Origin: Acidimicrobiales bacterium
GTDB lineage: Bacteria; Actinomycetota; Acidimicrobiia; Acidimicrobiales; JACDCH01
Reading direction: 5' to 3'
Assembly (NCBI GenBank): GCA_051000215.1
Contig: JBPCON010000038.1
Location: forward strand, 3,797-67,796
Length of the DNA stretch: 64,000 nucleotides
In this document: one piece after another, positions 25,935 through 35,768 of the stretch
How positions within the stretch are numbered: the stretch's first letter is position 1
How the letters are laid out: every line of letters starts with the position of its first letter
Position numbers and translations under genes: made by a program
The notes under the pieces: generated by a model
The model's input: the letters and a program-made list of their open reading frames with translations, nothing else
Told to the model about the DNA's origin: nothing
Database searches by the model: none

Positions 25935-26687
25935 GTGATCGAGACGGTGATCTTGTGCGGCGGGATGGGCACCCGCGCGTATCCCCACACGATCGAGCTC
26001 CCGAAGCCACTTCTCGAGGTCGACGACCGCCCGGTGCTCCAGCACGTCATGGACATCTACGAGCGGCAAGGTTTCACCCGCTTCGTCCTCGCGGCTGGAT
26101 ACCGCGGCGAGCTGATCGTGGACTTCGTTTCGCGGCTCTCGAGCGATCTCGACATCCGGGTGCGCGACACGGGCGAGTTGGCCAACACCGGTGAGCGCAT
26201 CCTGCGCTGCAGCGACGATGTCGGTGAAGTCTTCTTCGCGACATATGCCGATGGGCTCGGCGACGTCGACCTCCAGGCGTTGCTGTCCTTCCACCGCGCT
26301 CATCGCGGCGCAGCCACCCTGACCACCGTCCCACTTCCCTCGCAGTACGGGACGCTCGAGCTCGACGGCGAGGGACGGGTGCTGCGATTTCGGGAAAAGC
26401 CGAAGTTGCCCGAGCATCGCATCAACGCAGGTTTCTTCGTGTTCGACAGACGAGTCTTCGAGTTGTGGGACGGGGAGGATCTGGAGCGCGAAGTCCTCCC
26501 GCGCCTTGCCGCCGCCGGCGAGCTCTACGCCTTTCACCACGACGGGTTCTGGAAGTCGATGGACACCTACAAGGAATCCCTTGACCTCACCGAACTGTGC
26601 CGGCCCGGGCCGCCGCCGTGGTTGCGGCGACCGCTCCCGGCGGACACGCCTCTCGCGGCTCCATCCGCAGCGGTCGAAAGCACGTGA
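25935..26687 (+). CDS. rfbF: Glucose-1-phosphate cytidylyltransferase-like nucleotidyltransferase
   Basis: LCGGMGTR, PKPLLEV, DTGELANTGER, TYADGLGDVD, FREKP, INAGFFV, HDGFWKSMDT. Confidence 0.8.
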   Translation: MIETVILCGGMGTRAYPHTIELPKPLLEVDDRPVLQHVMDIYERQGFTRFVLAAGYRGELIVDFVSRLSSDLDIRVRDTGELANTGERILRCSDDVGEVFFATYADGLGDVDLQALLSFHRAHRGAATLTTVPLPSQYGTLELDGEGRVLRFREKPKLPEHRINAGFFVFDRRVFELWDGEDLEREVLPRLAAAGELYAFHHDGFWKSMDTYKESLDLTELCRPGPPPWLRRPLPADTPLAAPSAAVEST

Positions 26688-28429
26688 CGGTCACCGCGAG
26701 CCCGCCCCGCGACACACCGCGAGGCCGCCCTCAGATGCGTTCCACGATGCGGATCATGGGGGTTTGCCTCGCTCTGGCGGCCTCGAGCCTGACCCTGCCC
26801 GGAGCCGTCCGCACGCAGGGCCGCTCTCGCCCGAACGTTGTCGCGACCCCGTCTTCACCCACGTCGATTGCCGTGACCTGGTCCTCGACTGCAAAGCCCG
26901 ATCTCTGGTGGGTCCTCGTCAATGGTCCAGACGATCGCTCTGTCGGTCAGCGCAGCACATGCGGCACCTGCCGGAAGGTCGTTGTCGATCACCTGGCGCC
27001 AGGGAGCCATTACTTCGTACGCGTCTTCGGCGTCGGCGCGTCGGGCTTCGACCCGATGTCCGATCCGGTGTCCGCGATGACCGCCCCTGCGGCCGGCTGC
27101 GAGTCGGTCGGCTCCAACACGTGCGTTGTCGTCGACGCGGCGAATCCCGGCGCGCCCACGACAGGTGTCGGGCTCGGGAGCCTCCACGGCATCACCGCCT
27201 CGACCGACCCCGCTCGCGTCACCCCGCTCGAGCCGACGGCCTGGCGCCTCAGTGCCCTGGACTTTCCTCGCTTCGCGCTCGCTCATCGGTACGGCGGGGC
27301 CATCACGGTGATCCTGAGCGACCCGTGGGTGACCGCGACCCACAATCTGGCTCCCTGGTCGAACTGGGACTTCTATCGCTACTGGGTCGACCTCGTCGTG
27401 CAGGCGCACATCGGCCAAGGTGCCCTGCCCGATTACTGGGAGATCCAAAACGAGCCGAGCGCTGAGACCTACACCGGTGCCGAACCGGCGACAGCCGATC
27501 TGGTGTTCCAACAGCACCAGGTCGCGGCGGAGGTCATTCGTCAACGGCTACCGGCTGCGAAGATCCTCGGCCCAGCCCCTGGCTACCCGAACTTCGGCTT
27601 CGGGCTCGCCGACGTCTCAGGCTTCGTGCAGCGCGCCGACTCGACAGGGCTCCACCCGGCCGGCGTCTCCTGGCACGAGATCGGCGCAGGCTGCCTCGGC
27701 TACTGCGACGGCAACCCCCGGGCTGTGCTCCAGCACGCGGACGACGTGCGCGCTGTCCTGGCCGCTCACCCGGCCCTCGCCGGCGTGAAGCTCGTTGTGG
27801 ACGAGTGGGGTGCCCCCTGGTCGGCCCGCCAGCCTGGTTCGGTCGCTGGCTATCTGTCCTCGCTCGCCTCTGCCGGTATCGACATCGCCAACCCTGCGTG
27901 CTTTGCGTTGGACGGGACAGACGGGGTCTCGCGCTTGTCCTGCTTCGCTGTTCCGGGGACGCTCGACGGTCTTGTGCTCGACGACGGCACCACGCCGACC
28001 GATGCGTGGTTCGTGCATCGGGCCTATGCCCAGATGACAGGCCCCAGCGCTCGGCTGCTCAGCTCGACCATCGCGGATCCTGAGGCCTCGTCGATCGCGA
28101 CGATCGACGCGACAGACACGATCCGGGTGCTCCTCGGGCGCCACACCGGCTGCCAGGTCGGAGTTGACGACAACTGTCCAGTCGGCTTCAGCTACGCCGC
28201 ACCGACATCGGTGCGCGCGCTGATCACCGTCGGATCGACCAGCACCAGGTACCTCACAAGCGTGGAACGCATCGCCTCGACGGCCGGCGCGTCGAGCGGA
28301 CCGACGCAGCTCGGTCAGCCCAGGCTTCTGACAGCGCCGTCGAAGCGCGGTGCCGCGACGATCGATGTTGGCGCCTTGACGCTGAACGACGGCGAGGCAG
28401 TTGTTATCACCATGGTGCCGGTGCGTTAG
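26684..28429 (+). CDS. Putatively secreted protein with a fibronectin III-like domain and a GH-A clan (GH39-like) hydrolase domain
   Basis: Hydrophobic N-terminal segment, SPTSIAVTW...LAPGSHYFVRV (FnIII-like), WEIQNEP acid/base, VSWHE, VVDEWG nucleophile. Confidence 0.65.
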   Translation: MTVTASPPRDTPRGRPQMRSTMRIMGVCLALAASSLTLPGAVRTQGRSRPNVVATPSSPTSIAVTWSSTAKPDLWWVLVNGPDDRSVGQRSTCGTCRKVVVDHLAPGSHYFVRVFGVGASGFDPMSDPVSAMTAPAAGCESVGSNTCVVVDAANPGAPTTGVGLGSLHGITASTDPARVTPLEPTAWRLSALDFPRFALAHRYGGAITVILSDPWVTATHNLAPWSNWDFYRYWVDLVVQAHIGQGALPDYWEIQNEPSAETYTGAEPATADLVFQQHQVAAEVIRQRLPAAKILGPAPGYPNFGFGLADVSGFVQRADSTGLHPAGVSWHEIGAGCLGYCDGNPRAVLQHADDVRAVLAAHPALAGVKLVVDEWGAPWSARQPGSVAGYLSSLASAGIDIANPACFALDGTDGVSRLSCFAVPGTLDGLVLDDGTTPTDAWFVHRAYAQMTGPSARLLSSTIADPEASSIATIDATDTIRVLLGRHTGCQVGVDDNCPVGFSYAAPTSVRALITVGSTSTRYLTSVERIASTAGASSGPTQLGQPRLLTAPSKRGAATIDVGALTLNDGEAVVITMVPVR

Positions 28430-29127
28430 CGCCGTCGAAGGGTCCGGCGGATCTTCGCGATGACGCGCTGCGAGTATCTCTTGAGTCGGCGGCGGGTCGT
28501 CGTGTAGAAGGCCTGCTCCGTCCAATCCTCCGAGAGGGTGCCGGCTCGCCGCTTCTCCCACGCCCCCCACTTCGCTGTCAGGGTGATGGACTGCCAACGA
28601 GGATCGCGCTTGACGAACGCGTTCAGCGCGCCGACCGCTGGTAGGTCCAGATCGTCGACGAGCAGGGCTCCGCCCTGGCGAAGCATCGACCCGGCGTAGA
28701 ACCAGTCCAGCATCGGGAGGGGGAAGCCGTGGCTGCCGTCGACCAACACCAGATCGAGCTCGGTACCGGCGGCCTCCATGACGGGCAGCGTCTGGTGCGA
28801 CGAGCCAACGCGAAACGACAACGCCGCGGTTGCGATGCCGCGCCGCTCGCAGTCGGCCAGCACCCGGTCTGCCTCGTCCTGTCCGGCGGTGCAGCAGACG
28901 TGCTGGCATCCGAGAGCTGCGAACAACACGGTCGAGAGCCCACATCCGGTCTCGAGGGTGCGGGTGCCGGGGCCGCATCGGTCCGCGATGAAGCGGTAGC
29001 ACGCCTCATCGGTGGACCACACACCCATCGACGTCCCGCTCGCCGTGACGCCCATCGGGTGGATCACGGGCGGGTCTGCCAGCAGATCGTCGACGAGTGA
29101 TTGGCGATCAGCGTTTCCAGCGGGCAC
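28426..29127 (-). CDS. Class I SAM-dependent methyltransferase (Methyltransf_24-like)
   Basis: TLETGCGLST, LVLVDGSHGF, LRQGGALLVDD. Confidence 0.8.
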   Translation of the reverse strand: MPAGNADRQSLVDDLLADPPVIHPMGVTASGTSMGVWSTDEACYRFIADRCGPGTRTLETGCGLSTVLFAALGCQHVCCTAGQDEADRVLADCERRGIATAALSFRVGSSHQTLPVMEAAGTELDLVLVDGSHGFPLPMLDWFYAGSMLRQGGALLVDDLDLPAVGALNAFVKRDPRWQSITLTAKWGAWEKRRAGTLSEDWTEQAFYTTTRRRLKRYSQRVIAKIRRTLRRR

Positions 29128-29156
29128 GACGCCCGACTTTACAGACCTGGATCTTC

Positions 29157-30083
29157 TCAGCGATCTGCGACGACGTCGCGGACCCAGGCAACCGTGTCAC
29201 GCAGGCCTTCCCCGAGCGGCGTGGCGGCCTCGGCGCCCAACGCTCTCGCTCGTGAGACATCGGCCGTCCAGTGCAAGGGGTCCCCGGCGCGCGCCTCGCC
29301 CGTGAACGCGAAGGAGGTTGGGAGCCCTGTGGCCGCGATGATCGCCTCGGCCAACTCGGCCAAGCTCACGGCTTCGCCCGAGCCGAGGTTGTAGCTCTCA
29401 GCGCGCCCCGGCGCGTTGCGAGCCAAGGTGACGATGGAGCGCACCGCGTCACGGACGTATAGGAGGTCGCGCGTGACGTCGGATCGGCCGTGGATCACAC
29501 ACGGGTTCTCGCCTTCGAGCACGCGCCGGATGAGATCGAAGACGAAGAGCTTGCGCTGTCCTGGCCCATACAGCGAGAACGGGCGGACCGCGAAGCAGCT
29601 GATGTCGTAGATGCGGTGGTACAGCCGCAGGTACTCCTCTGCGGCGAGCTTCGCTACTCCATAGGGAGACATGGGGGCCAGGGGGTGGTCTTCCGTCATC
29701 GGCACGAACTCGGCGCCGCCGTAGACGGCGGCGGACGACAGGAGCACAACTGCGGGAGGGTGCACGCAACAACGTGCCGCCTCGAGCAGAGCGATGGTCG
29801 ACGCGACGCTGCCCAGGAGGTCGCCGACCGGGTCGAGGAGAGATGGCGGGACGAAGGCGGGCGACGCCAGGTGGAAGACGACCTCGGGTAGCTCGTCATG
29901 GAACACGCCCGCCAGGTCGACTCCCTCGAGCGGGCCGACGAGCGAGGACCACTCGGCGCCCGGCGGTGCCTCCGAACGATCGATGACCGTGACAGCCGTG
30001 CCGCCCTCGAGGAGCTCGCGCACGAGCCACTGGCCGAGAAATCCGTGCCCGCCGAGCACGACAGCCTTCGCCAGCGCTCGCAT
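29157..30083 (-). CDS. NAD-dependent sugar epimerase/dehydratase
   Basis: GGHGFLG, VFHLAS, LSSAAVYG, YGVAK (YxxxK), RPFSLYGPGQ, RDLLYVRD. Confidence 0.9.
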   Translation of the reverse strand: MRALAKAVVLGGHGFLGQWLVRELLEGGTAVTVIDRSEAPPGAEWSSLVGPLEGVDLAGVFHDELPEVVFHLASPAFVPPSLLDPVGDLLGSVASTIALLEAARCCVHPPAVVLLSSAAVYGGAEFVPMTEDHPLAPMSPYGVAKLAAEEYLRLYHRIYDISCFAVRPFSLYGPGQRKLFVFDLIRRVLEGENPCVIHGRSDVTRDLLYVRDAVRSIVTLARNAPGRAESYNLGSGEAVSLAELAEAIIAATGLPTSFAFTGEARAGDPLHWTADVSRARALGAEAATPLGEGLRDTVAWVRDVVADR

Positions 30084-30124
30084 GGGCGGACAGTAGCCCG
30101 AGGCCAGCGACCCCCCGGGATAGC

Positions 30125-31204
30125 GTGCCGCGGGTGTCTCCGCTCAGCGTGGCCTACGACGTCACACCAGTTTTGTCAGGCAGAACGGGCATCGCTCGCT
30201 ACGTCACAGAACTGAGCCGGGGCCTCGAGAGCAACGGTGTCGACGTGCGTCGCTACGGCGTCGGCCGGGCGCAGTTCCCGGCACCGGCGCGCACCAAGCA
30301 CCTCCGCGTGCCCCTGCGCGCTGTGCAGCGAAGCTGGTCGGCGGGCGGACCCCCGCTCATCGAGCGCCTCAGCGGGGCAGTCGACATCGTCCACTCGACG
30401 AGTCTGGTCGTCCCCCGATCTCGGCGCCCGATCGTGGTGACCATCTACGACACCGCACCGCTCGACCATCCTGATCTGCATTCAGCGCGGACCGTCCGCG
30501 GCTTCGAGACGTTGATGCACGATCTGCCAAGGGCGGCCGCCGTGCTCACCGTGAGCAAGTCTGTTGCCGCCGACCTCGCCCGCCACGGCGTGGATCCCGA
30601 TCGCGTCACGACCGTGTACCTCGGCCGCACAGCCTTCCCCGTCCCAGAGCCCGTCGACATGCCGCGCCCCTTCCTCCTCACGGTCGGCGAGCAGGTGCCT
30701 CGCAAGGATCAGACAACGCTCGTGCGAGCCTTCGCCCGAGCAGACCTCGGGGATGTGCACCTCGCGCTTGTCGGCCCGCCTGGCGAGGCGACGCCGGGGC
30801 TGCGGGCTCTCGTCGCCGAGCTACGCATCGAGGGGCGCGTCCACTTCCTCGACGCAGTCGACGACGCGGGGCTGGCCTGGCTCTACGCCTCAGCGCTCGC
30901 TTACTGCTTCCCAAGCGTCGGCGAGGGGTTCGTGACGCCGGTGGTCGAGGCCATGGCCGCCGGGTTGCCGGTCGTCGCGAGCGAGATCGCACCAACGATC
31001 GAGATCGCCGGTGGCGTCGCGCTCCTGCATCCGGTCGGCGACGTCGCGCTCTGCTGCGCCGCCCTCGAGCGGGTCGTGCACGAGCCGGGACTCGCCGCGC
31101 ACCTTGGTGATCTCGGTCGGGATCGAGCGGCGAGCTTCACCTGGGAGAGAACCGCAGCCCAGACCGTCGCTGTCTACGAGCAGACCCTGACCGCTCGGTC
31201 CTGA
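30125..31204 (+). CDS. Glycosyltransferase family 4 (start may be 30134)
   Basis: RTGIARY, VGEQVPRKD, FPSVGEGFVTPVVEAMAAGLPVV. Confidence 0.9.
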   Translation: MPRVSPLSVAYDVTPVLSGRTGIARYVTELSRGLESNGVDVRRYGVGRAQFPAPARTKHLRVPLRAVQRSWSAGGPPLIERLSGAVDIVHSTSLVVPRSRRPIVVTIYDTAPLDHPDLHSARTVRGFETLMHDLPRAAAVLTVSKSVAADLARHGVDPDRVTTVYLGRTAFPVPEPVDMPRPFLLTVGEQVPRKDQTTLVRAFARADLGDVHLALVGPPGEATPGLRALVAELRIEGRVHFLDAVDDAGLAWLYASALAYCFPSVGEGFVTPVVEAMAAGLPVVASEIAPTIEIAGGVALLHPVGDVALCCAALERVVHEPGLAAHLGDLGRDRAASFTWERTAAQTVAVYEQTLTARS

Positions 31205-31220
31205 AGAGCGACCCGGGGCG

Positions 31221-32708
31221 CTAGTAGGCGCCCCGACCTCGGATCACCGCGGAGAAGGTCTTCAGGATGATCGCGGCATCCATCGATGGCGACCAATGAT
31301 CGACGTAGTACAAGTCGAGGCGCACAGCCTCGTCCCAGCTGAGGTCGGCGCGGCCGCTCACCTGCCAGAGCCCGGTGAGCCCTGGCTTCACCAGGAGGCG
31401 CCGATGGACGTGGTCCTCGTACAGCTCTGTCTCCTCCGGTAGGGGAGGCCGTGGGCCGACGATCGACATCTGGCCGCGGAGGACGTTCCAGAGCTGTGGG
31501 AGCTCGTCGAGCGAGCGGCGGCGCAAGAACCGCCCGACTCGGGTGACGCGCGGGTCGACCCGAATCTTGAACGTCACCCCGTTCGACTCGTTGCGCCCCA
31601 CGAGCGCCTCTCTTTGCTCATGTGCCCCGACGCACATCGTGCGCAGCTTGAACAACGTGAAGACCTTGCCGTCTCGCCCGACACGCTGCTGGCGGAAGAG
31701 CACAGGACCACGCGAGTCGAGCTTTATCGCAATCACGAGCAGGAGGTAGAAGGGCGCCCCCAACACAAGCACGAGACCAGCAGAGGTGCGGTCGAAGAGA
31801 TCCTTGACCATGCGCTGAGGCCCGCTCAGCTCGGGCTCGTTGATCTGCACCAGCGGCAGGCCAGCCACGGGGACGACAGACAGGCGAGGCCCGGCAACAT
31901 CGGTCACTGCCGGCGCGACCATCAAGATGACGCCCGTTCCTTCGAGAGCCCACCCCAGCTCGCGGAGCTGCCCGGAAACCGCCTCGGCGAGCACGACCAC
32001 GACGTCGGCGTTCGTGCGAGCTTGTGCCGCGAGCGCGTCGTTGGCAACGCCCACGACGGGTACCACCTCGCCCGCCACGTCAAGCGTTGTCGCGTCGGTG
32101 TCTGCGCAGATGCCGACCACGTTCAGGCCGGTCCACGGCGCTCGCTTCAGGTGGCTGGCGAAGGCACGCGTTTGCCAGACCGGTCCCACGAGCAACACTC
32201 GGTGGATGGCCCGACCGCGGCGGCGCAGCGCGTGAAGCCATTGCCTGGCGACGAAGCGCCCGAGGACGGTGAGCCCCATCGCGATGGGGATCGCCGCTCC
32301 GATGAAGCCGCGCGCGATCTCTATGTGGAAGACGAAGAAGACGATGCCGACGGCTGCGACCAACCGAACGCCGGCGCTCAGAACCCGGCGGTACTCCTCG
32401 GAGCCGTTGCCGAGGACCTTCGGGTCATAGGCGCCCGTGGTCATCAGGGTCAAGAGCCACGCCGCCACCATCACGACGCCGACCCAGCGATAGGGAAAGT
32501 CGAAGCTGTGGACGTAGAGCTGGGCGTCGCGATCGCCGAAGCGCAGGCCGAGGCCAGCCACGCAAGCGATGCCAGCAGCCAGCGTGTCGGTGACGACCAG
32601 GCCGATCCGAAAGCGACGAACCCAGCGGCGGTTGGGCGCCACGATCGAGGGGTCGAGCGCAGCAAAAGAGGGGGCGCCGCGTGCGTGGCCGACCTCCGTC
32701 GCTGTCAT
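31221..32708 (-). CDS. Priming polyprenyl-phosphate glycosylphosphotransferase (WcaJ/CpsE-like)
   Basis: TM N-domain, CoA-binding-like middle domain, FKLRTM, DPRVTRVGRFLRRRSLDELPQLWNV, GPRP, VKPGLTGLWQV. Confidence 0.93.
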   Translation of the reverse strand: MTATEVGHARGAPSFAALDPSIVAPNRRWVRRFRIGLVVTDTLAAGIACVAGLGLRFGDRDAQLYVHSFDFPYRWVGVVMVAAWLLTLMTTGAYDPKVLGNGSEEYRRVLSAGVRLVAAVGIVFFVFHIEIARGFIGAAIPIAMGLTVLGRFVARQWLHALRRRGRAIHRVLLVGPVWQTRAFASHLKRAPWTGLNVVGICADTDATTLDVAGEVVPVVGVANDALAAQARTNADVVVVLAEAVSGQLRELGWALEGTGVILMVAPAVTDVAGPRLSVVPVAGLPLVQINEPELSGPQRMVKDLFDRTSAGLVLVLGAPFYLLLVIAIKLDSRGPVLFRQQRVGRDGKVFTLFKLRTMCVGAHEQREALVGRNESNGVTFKIRVDPRVTRVGRFLRRRSLDELPQLWNVLRGQMSIVGPRPPLPEETELYEDHVHRRLLVKPGLTGLWQVSGRADLSWDEAVRLDLYYVDHWSPSMDAAIILKTFSAVIRGRGAY

Positions 32709-32864
32709 CGTCGCCTCCAAGCGTTCGCAGGGCACGAAGTCGTCGATCAGGCAGCCCCGGTGCTTCTGCGCTGATCAACGCCGGGACCGGACGCTACCGC
32801 GCTCCCCACTCAGCATCCACTGCGGCGGCCTCTCCGGGCGATGTGGAGGCGGTGTCGTCTGTTT

Positions 32865-33596
32865 TCATCTCTCCAGAACGGCGAGGGCGTACGCAGAAAA
32901 GAGGCGCATGTTCCAGCGTCGAAAGAGCGCGCAGATCTGGCGAGCCATGGCTCCGAGGACGGGAACTCGCTCGAGGTACTCGAACTCCCAGATCGGGACG
33001 AGCGTGACGGACGTGAACCCCAGGGCCCGTATCTTCACTTCCATACGTTTGGTCGACCTGCACCAGCTGTACCGAGCAGGGAACTTTGGATGTGCCGTTC
33101 TATCCCGAGGAGCGACAAGGCGGAGCACCCTGTCAGCCAGGCGTTCGGGAAGGAGCCGATTCAACACGAACGGAGGGGAGTAGAGCGTCGGAAAGAAGTG
33201 GATTGCGACTCCCCCTTCCCGCAGCAGAAGGCGCGTGTTCTCGAACGCGCGACGACCAGAATCGACGTGTTCGAGGACGGATCGCGAGAAGAGGAGATCT
33301 GCATCGATGCTCGAGTCATCATCCAGTCGCCCCGCAATATCAATGAGAAGACGTCGCGAGTAACTCGTATCAGCGAGCCGCAACTCGTCTTCGTCTATGT
33401 CGCTGATGACGTACGAGGCCACGGACCGCGAGGGCATCAAGGGCCGACGGCCGCTGCCGATCTCCAGAACGGTCTTTGCATCCAACATCGAGATGGCAAT
33501 GTCGATGATGGAATCGAATTGAAGGAAGCACGTTCGCCCGCCAATGGGGCCCAAGTTCTGCTCGATCTCTTCGACGACGTCAGACGCGCTGGGCAA
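32865..33596 (-). CDS. Class I SAM-dependent methyltransferase
   Basis: VLEIGSGRR, DLLFSRSVLEHV, LLREGGVAIHFFP; more A/T-rich than its neighbours. Confidence 0.8.
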   Translation of the reverse strand: MPSASDVVEEIEQNLGPIGGRTCFLQFDSIIDIAISMLDAKTVLEIGSGRRPLMPSRSVASYVISDIDEDELRLADTSYSRRLLIDIAGRLDDDSSIDADLLFSRSVLEHVDSGRRAFENTRLLLREGGVAIHFFPTLYSPPFVLNRLLPERLADRVLRLVAPRDRTAHPKFPARYSWCRSTKRMEVKIRALGFTSVTLVPIWEFEYLERVPVLGAMARQICALFRRWNMRLFSAYALAVLER

Positions 33597-33658
33597 GGTC
33601 TCATTTCCTCCGGGTGGCGCTCTGCCCTTCCTACACGAGCGCTGCGCATCATGGTCTT

Positions 33659-34645
33659 TCAGCCGAACAGCGCGTCGGCGAGGGCGCCAGCGAGGCGCTG
33701 TTCGAACGCCGCGACTTGCTCGGCTCCGGCGCGTCGATCGACCCCGTTCAGCTCGAGCGCTGACGGCTCAGTCGGGGGCGACAGGAACAGGTGGTCCGAG
33801 TCGAGAGTCAGGTCATCGCCCCGCGGCCCCACCGAGAGCGTCGGCACGCCGAAGGCCAGGGGCGTACGGAGGCTCATGCGCCCGTCGTGAGCTGGTCCCC
33901 ACAGCGGCGCGATGGCCAGCCGCCATTCGCTGAAGATTCGCGGCAGCGATGCACGAGGCACATGACCGAGCAGCTCGATCTCGTAGCGGTCGCGCACTTC
34001 CTGCGGCCAGTCGTGTTGATCCCAGCCCCCGCCGGCGACGACGAGGCGGTTGAACTGCGGGCCCAGCCGCTCGAGCGTGTGAGCAAGCCAGTCCGCGCCC
34101 TTGTCCGGGCGGCAGAGCCCGAAGACCCCGACGGTTCTCTCGCGCTCGGGGTTCGGCTCGAGCGCGACATCGAGATCATGGCGCGACGGCGACATGCCGT
34201 TGGTCGGAGCGGCAACTTCGACGGTGCAGCGTCGACCGATCAGTCCACGCGCAGCGGCCCGCAACGCATCGCGCTCCGACGCGCTCGAGACGATGATCCG
34301 CCCGGCGAGCAGCGCGACCAGGGTGACTGGCCAGCGGAGCATCCTCCTGAGGTGCTGGTACTCGTGGAGGTGGAGGCGAAAACGCTCCCGGCCGAAGAGC
34401 GCTCGCAGAACGACGGCGCGCGGCAGCAGCCCTACTCGATACACGGTCATGGTCGTCGGGTAGACGCCGACACAGACGGCGCCAGTGAGCGAAGCGCGTC
34501 GCGCGTCGCGGACGAAAGGAGCGAGCCCCTTCGCAGCCGTGTCGAGCACGTCGAGATCGCCGAGGCGCTCGGACATGATCGCCTCGCTCCCGCCGACGCC
34601 GCAGCGCTCGTGGCCGAAGTCACCCATCGCCAGCACACCCCGCAC
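33659..34645 (-). CDS. Divergent GT-B fold glycosyltransferase-like protein
   Basis: CGVGG N-terminus, LHLHEY, GVFGLCRPDKG, LGHVP, SLRTPLAFGVP; lacks the canonical E-x7-E motif. Confidence 0.55.
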   Translation of the reverse strand: MRGVLAMGDFGHERCGVGGSEAIMSERLGDLDVLDTAAKGLAPFVRDARRASLTGAVCVGVYPTTMTVYRVGLLPRAVVLRALFGRERFRLHLHEYQHLRRMLRWPVTLVALLAGRIIVSSASERDALRAAARGLIGRRCTVEVAAPTNGMSPSRHDLDVALEPNPERERTVGVFGLCRPDKGADWLAHTLERLGPQFNRLVVAGGGWDQHDWPQEVRDRYEIELLGHVPRASLPRIFSEWRLAIAPLWGPAHDGRMSLRTPLAFGVPTLSVGPRGDDLTLDSDHLFLSPPTEPSALELNGVDRRAGAEQVAAFEQRLAGALADALFG

Positions 34646-34655
34646 CCGGCTCGCT

Positions 34656-35768
34656 TCAGGCGCCACTCGCCAGCTCCTCGTAGAGCGCGTCGAGCTGCGC
34701 GCCCATGGAGCGAACGTCGAAACGCTCGCCCAACCGCTCGCGGCCCGATACGGCCAACGCTCGACGGCGTGGCGCGTCACGCAGCAGGGCCACGATGGCA
34801 GCACCCATGGCTTCGGGATCTCCGACCGGCACGAGCACGCCCGATACACCGTGTTCGACGACGTCGCGATTGCCGACGGCGTCGGTGAGCACGACTGCTG
34901 TCTCGGCTCGCATGGCCTCGAGGGGAGAGTAGGGGCCACCTTCGAAGCGCGAGGACAGGGCGAAGACGTCGAGCTCACCCAACGCCCCGCCAGCACCGGG
35001 AAGCGAGAGCACCTGATGGAACCTCTCGCCAAGGCCGCTTGCGGCGACGGCTTCATCGACGAGGGCCTGCTGCTCGCCGGCTCCGATGAGCACGAAGTGC
35101 ACATCGCGCATCGCGCTGCCGACGACAGCGCAGGCTGCGACGAAGTCCTCGGGCGCCTTTTGGTGAACCAGCCGGCTCACGGTGCCCACGAGCGGGACGG
35201 TTGCGGAGATGCCCAGCCTGGCGCGCAGCTCCACAGCTCGGGGTCGTTCGAGCTCGACGCCGTTGGGGATGACCACCAGCCGGGCGCGGTCGATCAGCCC
35301 GATTTCGACGGCCAGCTCGCCTTCGCTCGGCGACACCGCGACGAAGCGATCGGTGAGCGGGCGCAGTCTGCGCTCGACGAGCACGCCTGCCCGTACCTGG
35401 GTGATGCCGTTGGGGGTGTAGATCCGGGGTGACCGGAGGCCGACGCTGGCCGTTCTCGCCAAGAGGCCACCGATCGAGGAGTGCCCATGCACGACGTCGG
35501 GGCGCACGCGACGAAGCAGGTGACGGAGCCGCGCCAACGCCAGCGCGTTGCGGGGCGCCCACGGCGTGCGGCGCATGGACAGCACGTGCACGGTTGCGCC
35601 GGCGTCGCGCAGCTGCTCGATCGCGGTCTCGTCGCTGAGGCCACCGATGCGCTCCGGTGGGAGGACCACCTCGTGATCGCTGGCCGGCGCGTGGCGAGCG
35701 ATGTCGACGAGGTGGCGCGCGGTGCCGCCCCCGACAGCCTCGAGCACGTGCGCGACCCGAGGCCTCAT
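34656..35768 (-). CDS. Glycosyltransferase family 4
   Basis: GGGTARH, VHGHSSIGG, VIPNGV, SRLVHQKAPE, SRFEGGPYSPLEAM. Confidence 0.92.
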   Translation of the reverse strand: MRPRVAHVLEAVGGGTARHLVDIARHAPASDHEVVLPPERIGGLSDETAIEQLRDAGATVHVLSMRRTPWAPRNALALARLRHLLRRVRPDVVHGHSSIGGLLARTASVGLRSPRIYTPNGITQVRAGVLVERRLRPLTDRFVAVSPSEGELAVEIGLIDRARLVVIPNGVELERPRAVELRARLGISATVPLVGTVSRLVHQKAPEDFVAACAVVGSAMRDVHFVLIGAGEQQALVDEAVAASGLGERFHQVLSLPGAGGALGELDVFALSSRFEGGPYSPLEAMRAETAVVLTDAVGNRDVVEHGVSGVLVPVGDPEAMGAAIVALLRDAPRRRALAVSGRERLGERFDVRSMGAQLDALYEELASGA

